A DNA stretch of 64,000 bases, taken from positions 3,751 through 67,750 of the forward strand of contig JANQFP010000208.1 of assembly GCA_028277795.1 (NCBI GenBank). Direction: 5' to 3'. Positions 36,319-44,969 of this stretch are shown here, piece by piece (the stretch's first letter is position 1; each line of letters opens with the position of its first letter). This DNA is from Rhodospirillales bacterium. GTDB lineage: Bacteria; Pseudomonadota; Alphaproteobacteria; Rhodospirillales; JANQFP01. The notes under the pieces are model-generated. The model saw nothing but the letters and a program-made list of their open reading frames with translations. It ran no database searches and was not told the DNA's origin. The position numbers and the translations under genes were made by a program.

Positions 36319-36497
36319 CAGAAATCAATCCACGGTCGGTATGGGTTTCGTTCGCTTATCCGGTTGTGTTTGAAGATGGCGCCGTCGGCGTTCCGGTTCA
36401 ACCCGCGCCGCCGCTTGACAGGGGGCGGCCGGGCCGATTCGATGAAAGGCGGCGGGCCAAGGGCACGGGTCCACGGGCGCCTGCGAGGGGGCACGAA

Positions 36498-37187
36498 ATG
36501 AGCCGCGAGCTGATTTTCGTCATCGCCGGGTTCCTGGTTCTGATCGCCTATCACGGGCGGCTCTACTACATGCTGCGGCGGCGCCCGTTCACCACCTCCA
36601 TCGGGATCGCCAACTACATGCGCGCGCTGTGGGTGCGCAACGTGGTCACCGAACGCAAGGAGATCCTGGCCGTCCAGACCCTGCGCAACCTGACCATGGC
36701 GGCCAACTTCCTGGCCTCCACCGCCATCATCATCGGGCTGGCCATCCTCAATGTGGCCCTCGGCCGCGAGGAGCGGCCGGGCGATTCCCTGATGCTGTGG
36801 CAGTTCGAGATGACCGCCGGGGAGATCTGGACGGCCAAGCTGCTGGTCCTGTCCGGCGCCTTCTTCTTCTGTTTTTTCAACTTCATGCTGTCGGTGCGGT
36901 ACTACAACCACGCGGCCTTCTTCGTCGGCGTACCCCATTCCGAGGAGGCGAGCTGGGCCCTGCACAAGCCGGGGCTGCTCATCGACCTGGCCGAGCACGA
37001 CGAGGAGGCGCCGACCCTGCGGCCGGTGGCCGACACCGTCAACCGTGGCGCCGCCCACTACACACTGGGCATGCGCGGTTATTACCTGGTGGTGCCTCTG
37101 GCTTTGTGGCTGTTCGGGTCGGTTTGGTTCCTGGTCGGGGCCATCGGACTGGTCGGGGTGCTGTACCGCGTGGACAGCGCCGGCTGA
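36498..37187 (+). CDS. DUF599-family integral membrane protein
   Basis: The ATG at 36498 begins MSRELIFVIAGFLVLIAYHGRLYY. NYMRALWVRNV...LRNLTMAANFLASTAIIIG is the DUF599 pattern. The upstream 600 codons of the track ORF are a run-on. Confidence 0.7.
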   Translation: MSRELIFVIAGFLVLIAYHGRLYYMLRRRPFTTSIGIANYMRALWVRNVVTERKEILAVQTLRNLTMAANFLASTAIIIGLAILNVALGREERPGDSLMLWQFEMTAGEIWTAKLLVLSGAFFFCFFNFMLSVRYYNHAAFFVGVPHSEEASWALHKPGLLIDLAEHDEEAPTLRPVADTVNRGAAHYTLGMRGYYLVVPLALWLFGSVWFLVGAIGLVGVLYRVDSAG

Positions 37188-37330
37188 CGAGCGGGAGCCC
37201 CTCATTTGCGTCGCCGTGCCGAACGGTGTTGACTGCCCGGTCGTTCGTCCGTTGAATGGCGCCCGTGCCGGACGCGGACACCCCGGAGGGCCCGGAAGAC
37301 CGCGCACGGGGGGAAGGGAAGGACGTCCGC

Positions 37331-37801
37331 ATGGGTGAAGTACAAGGCCTGCGGATGCTGTTGAAGCAGCATCCGTTCTTCAAGGGTTTGGATGCAGAGA
37401 CCTACGAGCTGCTCGACGGCTGTGGCGCCAACGAGGTCTTCAACGAAGGCGACATGGTGTTCCGCGAGGGACAGCCGGCCGACAAGCTCTACCTGATCCG
37501 GGTCGGCGAGGTCGACCTCCAGCATGGCGGGCCCGGCGGCGATATCACCCCCATCCAGACCCTGCGCGACGGCGACGTCCTCGGCTGGTCGTGGCTGGTG
37601 CCGCCGTATTCCTGGCGGTTCAGCGCCCAGGCCAAGAAGCGGACACGGCTGATCAGCCTGGACGCCAACTGCCTGCGCAACAAATGCGACGAGAACCACG
37701 ACGTCGGCTACGCCATCGCCATGCGCATCGCCACCGTGGTCCTCGACCGGCTGACGGCGCTCCGCCTCAAGATGGTCAAGGGAGAGCGTTTGGGCCAGTA
37801 G
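37331..37801 (+). CDS. Cyclic-nucleotide-binding-domain protein (stand-alone cNMP domain)
   Basis: LLKQHPFFKGLDAETYELLDGCGANEVFNEGDMVFREGQPADKLYLIRVGEV has a CAP/PKA-type cNMP-binding beta-roll pattern. No DNA-binding HTH is evident. Confidence 0.7.
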   Translation: MGEVQGLRMLLKQHPFFKGLDAETYELLDGCGANEVFNEGDMVFREGQPADKLYLIRVGEVDLQHGGPGGDITPIQTLRDGDVLGWSWLVPPYSWRFSAQAKKRTRLISLDANCLRNKCDENHDVGYAIAMRIATVVLDRLTALRLKMVKGERLGQ

Positions 37802-37838
37802 GCGCAACGACGCCGGTCGCCGCGAGGCAAAACCGACC

Positions 37839-38654
37839 ATGGGGCGCACGGCCGGCCCCGGCGGCGCCATCCACGTTTTCGTCCTGACCTACAACAGCAT
37901 CGGCCTGTTCGCCGAGTTCTTCGATCCCGACCGCTTTCCCGGCATCGCGCTGCACATCGTCGACAACGGCCGCCAGCCGGTGCCGGCCGGCCTGGCCGAC
38001 CGCGTGGTCCATGTCACCGCCCGGAACATCGGGTGCGCCGGCGGCGTCAACCTGATCGCCGACATCGGATTCCGCTTCATGGACCAGGAGCGCATCGTCA
38101 TCACCCAGGACGACGCCTCCTACGGGCCGGCCGACCTCGAGGCGCTGATGGCCGAGACGGCGCCCGGGCGGGTCGCCGGCCTGTTCGGCCCGTTTTTCGA
38201 GTTCTCCTGCTTCGGCCTGCACCGGGACACCTTCGCCACCGTCGGCCGTTTCGACGAGAACTGCATTTACGGCTACAGCGAGGATACGGACTACAAGCAC
38301 CGGTGCGCCCTGCTCGGCATCGACGTGGTGTCCCTGGGGCGCAGCGTCGAGGGCGGCAACCGCAGCGCCACCCTCAAGAAGGACCCGGGCCTCGACCGCA
38401 TCGCCTACAACCAGGCCTACATCCGATTGAAATGGGGCGAAAGCCGCCATCCGCTGGAGGCGGCGCGGCACAACATGCAGCCGCCGTTCACCTACGATCA
38501 CCCGTTCAACATGGAGCAGATCCCGCCCACCTTCGTGCCCCTGTCCAACCGCATCAAGGAGGTGTACGGCGAGGTCACGGAGCTGCCCAGCGAGACCGAG
38601 TACGGGCGTTTCCTCGAGGCCAATGGCCAGGGAGGCGAAGACGGCCCCGGCTGA
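37839..38654 (+). CDS. Glycosyltransferase family 2-like protein
   Basis: VFVLTYNS, IVDNG, NIGCAGGVN and ITQDD (DxD-like) together resemble the GT-A fold GT2 pattern. Confidence 0.5.
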   Translation: MGRTAGPGGAIHVFVLTYNSIGLFAEFFDPDRFPGIALHIVDNGRQPVPAGLADRVVHVTARNIGCAGGVNLIADIGFRFMDQERIVITQDDASYGPADLEALMAETAPGRVAGLFGPFFEFSCFGLHRDTFATVGRFDENCIYGYSEDTDYKHRCALLGIDVVSLGRSVEGGNRSATLKKDPGLDRIAYNQAYIRLKWGESRHPLEAARHNMQPPFTYDHPFNMEQIPPTFVPLSNRIKEVYGEVTELPSETEYGRFLEANGQGGEDGPG

Positions 38655-38672
38655 CCCCGTGTCCCTGGTCCT

Positions 38673-39182
38673 GTGCGGCGCCCTGGCGATGAGGGGAGGC
38701 GGGCCTGTTCATCGTCCTGCAACATTTCCCTGGTATGGTCGGCGCGGCGAAGAAGGGGAGTCCGGGCCGTTCCAAACCGCCTTGCCGGGCTGTTCGTGTT
38801 GCTGGTGCTGGCCGCGTTGGCGGCACCGGCCGGTTCGGCGTGGGCGGGCGAGTCCCGCGACAGCCTGATCGCCGAAGGGGCGCGTCTGATGGCCGGCCAG
38901 GCCTGGGCCGACTTGCTCGCGGGCAACACCCTCAAGGGCCGCGGCTGGGCTACCTACTATGCCCCCGACGGACGCAAGGTCAGCACCTACAAGGGCTGGC
39001 GGGTGGAGCGCCGGTGGTGGATGGACGATGCGGGCCGCTTCTGCCAGACTCGGGCCGTGGACGGCGCCGAGACCTGCGAGGCCGACATCTACCGTGTCGG
39101 CGACCGATTCGTGGTGTTCGCCGACGACGGCTCGCCCCGCGCCTGGTTCCGTCTCGTCGACGGCAATCCCGAGAACCTGTAG
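38673..39182 (+). CDS. Exported hypothetical protein (possibly DUF995-like)
   Basis: The signal-like segment is LAGLFVLLVLAALAAPAGSAWA. It is followed by LAGNTLKGRGWATYYAPDG...WWMDDAGRFCQ. The start codon is uncertain (GTG at 38673 or a later codon). Confidence 0.45.
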   Translation: MRRPGDEGRRACSSSCNISLVWSARRRRGVRAVPNRLAGLFVLLVLAALAAPAGSAWAGESRDSLIAEGARLMAGQAWADLLAGNTLKGRGWATYYAPDGRKVSTYKGWRVERRWWMDDAGRFCQTRAVDGAETCEADIYRVGDRFVVFADDGSPRAWFRLVDGNPENL

Positions 39183-39190
39183 CCCGCTGA

Positions 39191-39255
39191 TACCGGCGCG
39201 CCTTCGAGCCCACTCGCGAAGCGCCGTCATGGCGCGCCGGAAAGCCCGCGCGGCG
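39191..39255. repeat. 65-nt palindromic intergenic repeat, copy A (CCGGCGCGCC-N28-GGCGCGCCGG plus an AAGCCCGCGCGGCG tail)
   Basis: It is ~92% identical (5 mismatches in 65 nt) to 55722-55786. Both copies start within 10 nt of a plus-strand stop codon. Confidence 0.85.
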
Positions 39256-39318
39256 GTATGATTGTCGGCCCAGGGCACGATGCTTATACTCGGAGCCGTA
39301 AACCAAGCCGGGAAGACA

Positions 39319-39564
39319 ATGGCGGGCAAGCCCTATCGCGTGAATGGCGCCTGGGACAGCGAGGCCGGCGTTTGGATCGCCACCAGCGAAGACGTGCCGG
39401 GATTGTGCTGCGAGGCGGCGACCTTCGACGAACTGGTCGAAGTCGTGGTCGCGTTGGTGCCCGAGCTCCTGGTCGCCAACAACGCGGGACCGCCGCCCGG
39501 TGTTTCCGAAATCCCCGTCGAAGTCATCGCCGAACGCCGGACCGTGGCCCGCCTCGTCGCCTGA
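39319..39564 (+). CDS. hicB: HicB-family antitoxin (DUF1902-type)
   Basis: MAGKPYRVNGAWDSEAGVWIATSEDVPGLCCEAATFDELVEVV has the DUF1902 pattern. It lies immediately upstream of a HicA-like ORF. Confidence 0.65.
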   Translation: MAGKPYRVNGAWDSEAGVWIATSEDVPGLCCEAATFDELVEVVVALVPELLVANNAGPPPGVSEIPVEVIAERRTVARLVA

Positions 39565-39758
39565 TCGCGAGCCTTTACCGCGACCTCGCGGAAATACTCC
39601 GGAGAAGCGGCTGCCGGCCGCTGCGGCAAGGCAAGGGAAGCCACGAGATCTGGAGTAGCCCGATCTCCGGCCGGACGTTCAGCGTGCCCGTGACTCTGAA
39701 GTCCCGTCACCTCGCCAACGCGATCCTCAAACAGGCGGGGCTCCCGAAGGGGCTCTGA
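39561..39758 (+). CDS. hicA: HicA-family mRNA interferase toxin
   Basis: LAEILRRSGCRPLRQGKGSHEIWSSPISGRTFSVPVTLKSRHLANAILKQAGL matches the HicA (YcfA) pattern, including the GSH motif. There is no ATG or GTG near the 5' end, so the start is assigned tentatively to the CTG at 39561, which overlaps the hicB stop. Confidence 0.6.
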   Translation: MIASLYRDLAEILRRSGCRPLRQGKGSHEIWSSPISGRTFSVPVTLKSRHLANAILKQAGLPKGL

Positions 39759-39761
39759 ATA

Positions 39762-41105
39762 TCATTCCGCCGCCATGCGGCGGTCCAGGTCGTCGGCGAG
39801 GGTGCGCAGGGCGGGGGCGACCTCGACCGGGTAGGGCGGCGCGGTGTCCAGGCGGCGCAAAGGCTCGGGCAGGCGGGCGAGTTGGTTCGCCGCGTGGGCG
39901 CGGGACTCTTCGAGCGACGGCAGGGGGGCGACCGCGTCACCGGCGACCAGCACCGGGCGCACAAGGGCCTCGCCGTCCCGGTCGTCGTCCTCGACGGTGA
40001 GCACGTCCCCGGTCATGCGGCCGTCGGCGGCATAGGTGCGGTACACCTGCTTGCGGCCGGGCCAGGTGGCCTTGCCCTCGGAGCGCTTGCGCCGGGCGAT
40101 GCCGGCGTATTCCTGCAGCTTGTAGGCGCAGTCCAGGGCCGGCGCGTCCTCCGACGTGGCCAGCGAGGTGCCGACCCCGAAGCCGCCGATGGGCACGTCG
40201 TCGGCGACGAAGCGTCGGATGAGATCCTCGTCGATGCCGCCGCTGGCGAACACGTTGACCTCGTCCAGGCCGGCGTCGTCGAGGATGCGCCGGACCGTCC
40301 GCGCGTGGGCCGCCAGATCGCCCGAATCGATGCGTACGCCTTTCACCTGGATGCCGTCGGCGGCCAGGCGCCGGGCCAGGGCCACCGCCTTGCGGGCGCC
40401 GGTCTCGGTGTCGTAGGTGTCGATCAGCAGCACCACCGCGTCGGGCCGCGAGCGGGCGAAGTGCTCGAAGGCGTCGGTCTCGTCGTCGTGGGCCTGGACG
40501 AAGGAATGGGCCATGGTGCCGAAGATCGGGATCCCGAACCGGGGCTCGGCCATCACCGTGGCGGTGCCGGCGAATCCGGCCAGATAGGCGGCGCGGGCCG
40601 CATACAGACCGGCCTCGCCCCCGTGGGCCCGGCGCAGGCCGAAGTCGATGAGGGTGCGCCCCTCGGCCGCCAGCACCATGCGCGCCGCCTTGGCGGCGAT
40701 GAGGCTCTGCAAATGCACGATGTTGATGAGCCGGGTCTCCACCAGTTGCGCCAGCGGCATGGGCGCGGTGACCCGGAACAAAGGCTCGTCGGCGAACAGC
40801 ACCGTGCCTTCGGGCACCGCGTGAAGGTCGCCGGTGAAGGTGAGACCGGCCAGGTAGTCCACCAGGTTGGCGCGGAAGCGTCCGCTGGCCGCCAGCCACT
40901 CCAGCTCGTCCTCGGCGAAGCGGAAGCCGCGCAGGAAATCCACCGCCTGCTCCAGGCCGGCGGCGACCAGGAACCCGCGGCGCGGTGGGAGCTTGCGGGC
41001 GAAGAACTCGAACACCGCGGTCTCCGTCATGCCGTGGTCCAGGTAGGCCTGGAGCATGTTGAGCTGATAGAGGTCGGTGAGCAGCGGGCTGGTATGCAGG
41101 TCCAT
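39762..41105 (-). CDS. pncB: Nicotinate phosphoribosyltransferase
   Basis: MDLHTSPLLTDLYQLNMLQAYLDHGM and FGTMAHSFVQAH are NAPRTase signatures. The ATG at 41105 is preferred. Confidence 0.9.
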   Translation of the reverse strand: MDLHTSPLLTDLYQLNMLQAYLDHGMTETAVFEFFARKLPPRRGFLVAAGLEQAVDFLRGFRFAEDELEWLAASGRFRANLVDYLAGLTFTGDLHAVPEGTVLFADEPLFRVTAPMPLAQLVETRLINIVHLQSLIAAKAARMVLAAEGRTLIDFGLRRAHGGEAGLYAARAAYLAGFAGTATVMAEPRFGIPIFGTMAHSFVQAHDDETDAFEHFARSRPDAVVLLIDTYDTETGARKAVALARRLAADGIQVKGVRIDSGDLAAHARTVRRILDDAGLDEVNVFASGGIDEDLIRRFVADDVPIGGFGVGTSLATSEDAPALDCAYKLQEYAGIARRKRSEGKATWPGRKQVYRTYAADGRMTGDVLTVEDDDRDGEALVRPVLVAGDAVAPLPSLEESRAHAANQLARLPEPLRRLDTAPPYPVEVAPALRTLADDLDRRMAAE

Positions 41106-41293
41106 AACCGGCGTTCCTGTCGTCTCCCCCTTGACCGCGCTGCCGTCCGCCGCGACCCCATTCAAGAGCAATCCCTTCCCTGAAATCAAATGGAAGGTTG
41201 CGCCCTCCGGCGGCCATCTCTCCGGTGAACGGGCGGGCGCGATAGGGTACGGTCAAACCCGCCGTTGGTCCGAGGCAGGAAGGAGGGACAAGC

Positions 41294-42268
41294 ATGGCCG
41301 AGCAAACGGGTTTGGTGGCCGCGTATGTCTTGGATGGCCAGGGGGGCGGCCGCAAGGTTGGCTGGCCGGAAATCGACGTCTGGACACCCGCGGAGGGGAC
41401 CCTGTGGGTCCACCTGCAAGGGACCGAGGAGGACACCCGGGCATGGCTGCGCGGGCCGAGCGGCCTCGATCCGCTGGTCGCCGACGCCCTGCTGGCCGAG
41501 GAAACGCGGCCGCGCGCCCTGGCCGTGGGGGACGGGCTGGTGGTCAACCTGCGCGGCGTCAACCTCAACCCCGGGGCCGATCCCGAGGACATGGTGTCAC
41601 TCCGCCTGTGGGTCGACGCGCACCGCGTCGTCACCGTGCGGCTGCGCTACCTGATGGCCCTTCAGGACGTGCGCGAAAGCCTGGCCGCCGGCCGCGGGCC
41701 CAAGGATACGGGCGACGTCCTGGCCGACATCTCGACCCGCCTGGTGGAGCGCATGGGGCCGGTCATCGGCACCCTCGACGATCGGACCGACGACCTGGAA
41801 GAACAGATGATCGGCGCCGAACGCCGCGAGATCCGCCAAGAGCTGGCCGGTATCCGCCACGAGGCCATCGTCCTGCGCCGCTATCTGGCACCGCAGCGCG
41901 ACGTCATGGGCGGGCTGCTGGTGGAGCAGCAGCCGTGGATCGGGGCCCGCCACCGGGCGCGGCTGCGCGAGGCCATGGATCGGGTCACCCGTTACGTCGA
42001 GGACCTGGACGCCATCCGCGAGCGGGCCGGCGTCATCCAGGACGAGCTGGTCAACCGGCTGGCCGAACAGATGAACAAGACCATGTACCACCTCACCGTG
42101 GTGGCCACCATCATGCTGCCGCTGGGATTCGTGACCGGGTTGCTGGGCATCAACGTCGGCGGCATCCCGGGGGCGGAGAACGAGTGGGCGTTTGCCGAGG
42201 TGTGCGCCATTTTGGCGGCCATGGTGGCGGTGCAGGTGGCTTTGTTCAAACGATTGAAGTGGATTTGA
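41294..42268 (+). CDS. zntB: CorA-superfamily zinc transporter ZntB-like
   Basis: The C-terminal two-TM region contains YHLTVVATIMLPLGFVTGLLGINVGGIPG, which carries the GxN motif. The N-terminal cytoplasmic domain is typical of ZntB. Confidence 0.8.
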   Translation: MAEQTGLVAAYVLDGQGGGRKVGWPEIDVWTPAEGTLWVHLQGTEEDTRAWLRGPSGLDPLVADALLAEETRPRALAVGDGLVVNLRGVNLNPGADPEDMVSLRLWVDAHRVVTVRLRYLMALQDVRESLAAGRGPKDTGDVLADISTRLVERMGPVIGTLDDRTDDLEEQMIGAERREIRQELAGIRHEAIVLRRYLAPQRDVMGGLLVEQQPWIGARHRARLREAMDRVTRYVEDLDAIRERAGVIQDELVNRLAEQMNKTMYHLTVVATIMLPLGFVTGLLGINVGGIPGAENEWAFAEVCAILAAMVAVQVALFKRLKWI

Positions 42269-42275
42269 GGGGCGG

Positions 42276-42298
42276 CGCGCCGGCTCCACCACGGCGCG
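42276..42298 (+). terminator. Hairpin CGCGCCG-N9-CGGCGCG after zntB
   Basis: It has a 7-bp GC stem and lies 8 nt after the stop codon. There is no U-tract. Confidence 0.3.
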
Positions 42299-42634
42299 AG
42301 TGTCAAATCCGTCGACACCGAATCGATGTGCGCGCGCGCAAATCGGGGGCGGAGTCCGGGATTCTTTACAGTCGAAACGGTATCGTCACCGGCGGTCGTC
42401 GTTAAGGTATTGAAATCCAAGAATTCAGCGGCCTTGGCGCGAAAATTGCTTCGGTGAAGAGCGGACAACGCCTGGGCTTTTCGACCATCGCCCTTGGGAA
42501 ACGCCGGGGTCGTGGGCGCAACGCGAGGGTCACAGGGAAGACGGATTGGAGCGTATCCCCTTGACGGACAACCTGACATCTGTAGATGGATGGCACGCCA
42601 GGGTGTTGCGGACGGACCAGTCGGTAGGCTGATC

Positions 42635-43291
42635 ATGGCATCTCCGGGAAGACGACCGTTTGCCGCAACCGTGTCTGCCTTGATCTTGGCCGCCGCGTTG
42701 TTTGGTGTGGATATCCGGCCAGCCGAGGCGACAGTCGTTCATCTCGTCGACGGCGACGGCTTCCTGATCGGCGCCCAGGACGTGGAGGTCGGCGGCGAGC
42801 TTTACAATGTCGAGTTCCTGGACGGGGTTTGCGACGACCTGTTCGGGGTTTGCGTCAGTTCCAGTCCGTTCACCTTCACCACCAAGCCCGATGCGACCCT
42901 TGCCGCGCAGGCTCTGCTTGACACTGTCTTCATCAACGGGGTCGTGATCGGAACCCAAACCTTCAATTTCGACTCGGAACCCGAGTTCACCCGCGGGTGC
43001 ACGGACACCGATCGGTGTGAAACCCTCGTCCCGTGGTTGGGGGGATCGGGCCGCTTGGTGGTTGTCATCGCGGCCAATGCCAATCCGTTTTTCGATGACC
43101 CGCCGCATTACGGGTCTGGGGATCACACCCGCGACGGGGACCTTCCCCACGGAACCGACACATCGGTTTCTGCACATCTGACCTACGCGCGGTTCACGTC
43201 GGTGAACCAGGTTCCCGAGCCGGCGACGCTGCTGCTGTTTGGCGTCGGTCTCGCGGGCTTGGGATTGATGAGGCGGCGCCAAACGGCGTAG
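42635..43291 (+). CDS. PEP-CTERM-anchored exported protein
   Basis: An N-terminal signal peptide is present. The C-terminus VPEPATLLLFGVGLAGLGLMRRRQTA is the canonical PEP-CTERM sorting signal (PEP, TM segment, Arg cluster). Confidence 0.8.
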   Translation: MASPGRRPFAATVSALILAAALFGVDIRPAEATVVHLVDGDGFLIGAQDVEVGGELYNVEFLDGVCDDLFGVCVSSSPFTFTTKPDATLAAQALLDTVFINGVVIGTQTFNFDSEPEFTRGCTDTDRCETLVPWLGGSGRLVVVIAANANPFFDDPPHYGSGDHTRDGDLPHGTDTSVSAHLTYARFTSVNQVPEPATLLLFGVGLAGLGLMRRRQTA

Positions 43292-43450
43292 ACCGCGTCG
43301 ATACCGTTGCCGCGGGGCGACGGCTCTTGCGATCCGGACCGCATCCCGGTCCTGGCATTTCGCCCTCACCTGCACCACCTGAAGAAGTATCGATCGCGGC
43401 CGGCGCGCCGGCGCGCGCGGCCGCAACCAGGACCGCGAAGGAGGTGCGTC

Positions 43451-43786
43451 ATGGCGTCGTTGGATGATCTTCTGGCCCTGGACGGGGTGGTCGCCGCCGG
43501 GGAGTTCGGCCGCGACGGGAGCCTCAAGGACCACAAGGCAAACATGGACATGTCGCCCGAGCTGGCCGCGGGGACGGCTCAGTTCTGCGCCAGCGTGACC
43601 ATGCTGTTCGACGTGCTGGCCGGAGCCTACGGCCACATCGCCCGCATGAACTGGTTGCCGCAGAGGGGCTGGGCATTCTCGGGCGGTGACTGGACGGTGG
43701 CCGTCGGCGGCAACAAGGGCGTGTTCGTGAAAACCGCCGAGGCCGACTTCAACCGTCTGTTCGAGGTGCTGGTCGGCCCGCGCTGA
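43451..43786 (+). CDS. DUF2173-family small protein
   Basis: The ATG at 43451 follows AGGAGG. MASLDDLLALDGVVAAGEFGRDGSL...WAFSGGDWTVAVGGNKGVFV matches the DUF2173 pattern as I recall it. Confidence 0.55.
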   Translation: MASLDDLLALDGVVAAGEFGRDGSLKDHKANMDMSPELAAGTAQFCASVTMLFDVLAGAYGHIARMNWLPQRGWAFSGGDWTVAVGGNKGVFVKTAEADFNRLFEVLVGPR

Positions 43787-43807
43787 GGCTTGGCTGCGGC
43801 GGTCTTT

Positions 43808-44965
43808 CTAATCGTCGCCGAAGCGCTGCGGCATGCCGAGCAGCCGGAGCAGTTGCGCCAAGTCGCTCTTGTCCTGGATCAGCTCCTGGAGGAGCTGGTC
43901 GAGGGACATGGAACCCCATGCCACGGCCCGCTTGACCAGGTACGGGGTCGGACTGTGGGGCTCGGTCTGCAACAGGTACTCGGCCGCCTCGGCGAGCCGC
44001 CGGTAGGCGTCGTCCCGGTCCGTGATGGGGCCCGAGGCGGTGGGCGCCGGGGCCGTCTCGGCGGTCTTGCCGGCCTTGTCGGGTGGGGGGGAGTCGTCCA
44101 TGGTCGAATCCTCCGGGGTCGGCGTCGGCTCGGGCACGGGCTCGCCGCGGTCCTTGAGGAACGAGGCGACCAGTTGCGCCGACTCGTTCAGCGCCGCGCG
44201 GAACTGAAGCAGGCTGGGCGCGGCGGGGCCGCACCGTTGGTCGAGCCAGGCCTCCAGGGCCGCCGCCTCCTGCTCGGCGGCGCGGGCCCGCTGCATGGCG
44301 TCCTGGAGCACCGGCTTGGGCGTAAGGGCGACGCTGGTCATGAAGCGCGCCCGGGTGACCTTGTCCTCGTCCTCGCCGCGGCGGTCGCCCTTGGGCATCA
44401 GGGCCAGGTTCTCGCGCCGCAAGGCGTCGTCCCAGTCGGCGTAGCGGTAGGGCAGGGCGTCGCCACTGGCCGGCTCGGTCAGCGGCACCAGGCGGACGGT
44501 CAGGGGCAGCTTCTCGTTGACCCAGTGGAACGGCGCCAGGCGGAAGTCCAGGTCGTCGTCCTCGATTTCCGGATAACAGGTGTCCCAGAAGGTCTCGGAC
44601 AGGGTCCGCAACACCCGCAGGCCGGCGACGGCGCCGGCGAAGCCGTGCAGGTGGATCAGGGCCTCCAAGAGCCAGGCGGCGATCTGCAGGTCCTTGCTGC
44701 GGGTGGCGAGCGCGTCGAGGCAGCCGTCGCGCACGGCCCCCCAGTCCGCCCGTTTCAGGGACGTCTGCCACACGCCCTGGGGCAGGTTGGGGTCGTCCTC
44801 GCGGGCGTCCTCGCGGATGCGGTCATAGGTCCCTTCGTAGCGGAGCGACTCGCCCGCCGGCTGGTCGCCGGGCAGCGGTGCGGCTAGGGCCGCGACGTCG
44901 ATGCCCAGATCGTCGTCGTCGGCCATGATCGACGCAGCGCTTTCGCCCATGGCGCCCTCCATCAC
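43808..44965 (-). CDS. tssA: T6SS protein TssA (ImpA N-terminal domain)
   Basis: The ImpA_N signature is present: ESLRYEGTYDRIREDAREDDPNLPQGVWQTSLKRADWGAVRDGC..SKDLQIAAWLLEA. Confidence 0.85.
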   Translation of the reverse strand: MMEGAMGESAASIMADDDDLGIDVAALAAPLPGDQPAGESLRYEGTYDRIREDAREDDPNLPQGVWQTSLKRADWGAVRDGCLDALATRSKDLQIAAWLLEALIHLHGFAGAVAGLRVLRTLSETFWDTCYPEIEDDDLDFRLAPFHWVNEKLPLTVRLVPLTEPASGDALPYRYADWDDALRRENLALMPKGDRRGEDEDKVTRARFMTSVALTPKPVLQDAMQRARAAEQEAAALEAWLDQRCGPAAPSLLQFRAALNESAQLVASFLKDRGEPVPEPTPTPEDSTMDDSPPPDKAGKTAETAPAPTASGPITDRDDAYRRLAEAAEYLLQTEPHSPTPYLVKRAVAWGSMSLDQLLQELIQDKSDLAQLLRLLGMPQRFGDD

Positions 44966-44969
44966 CCGG

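Noticed and set aside
34653-37187. An 844-aa plus-strand ORF. Long N-terminal run-ons also occur at 29763-32162, 32814-34574, 25893-26999, 10785-11783 and 11594-12421.
   Set aside because: Only the 3' portions have real protein signatures (DUF599, DUF799-TPR, caspase, aspartic protease, LolA-like, ParA). Each of these has an internal start with an RBS or an ATGA/TGATGA overlap with the preceding gene. The 5' portions overlap other well-supported genes in another frame.
39191-39255. The repeat element read on the minus strand as a conserved peptide (AARAFRRAMTALREWARRRAG versus AARASRRAMTALRESVQRRAG), i.e. a possible gene fragment.
   Set aside because: The reading frame runs straight into the antisense of well-supported plus-strand genes. 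The conservation is better explained at the DNA level, by 10-bp perfect palindromic arms.
41190-41293. The pncB/zntB divergent intergenic region, considered as a possible metal-sensing riboswitch upstream of the CorA-family gene.
   Set aside because: I could not recognise the conserved cores of the Mg (ykoK/M-box), NiCo or other known riboswitches by eye. The leader is only ~100 nt. A covariance-model scan would be needed to decide.
42588-42610. TGGCAC ... TTGC upstream of the PEP-CTERM gene. PEP-CTERM genes are sometimes sigma-54/PrsR dependent.
   Set aside because: The spacer is 9 nt, not 5, so this is not a functional -24/-12 arrangement.
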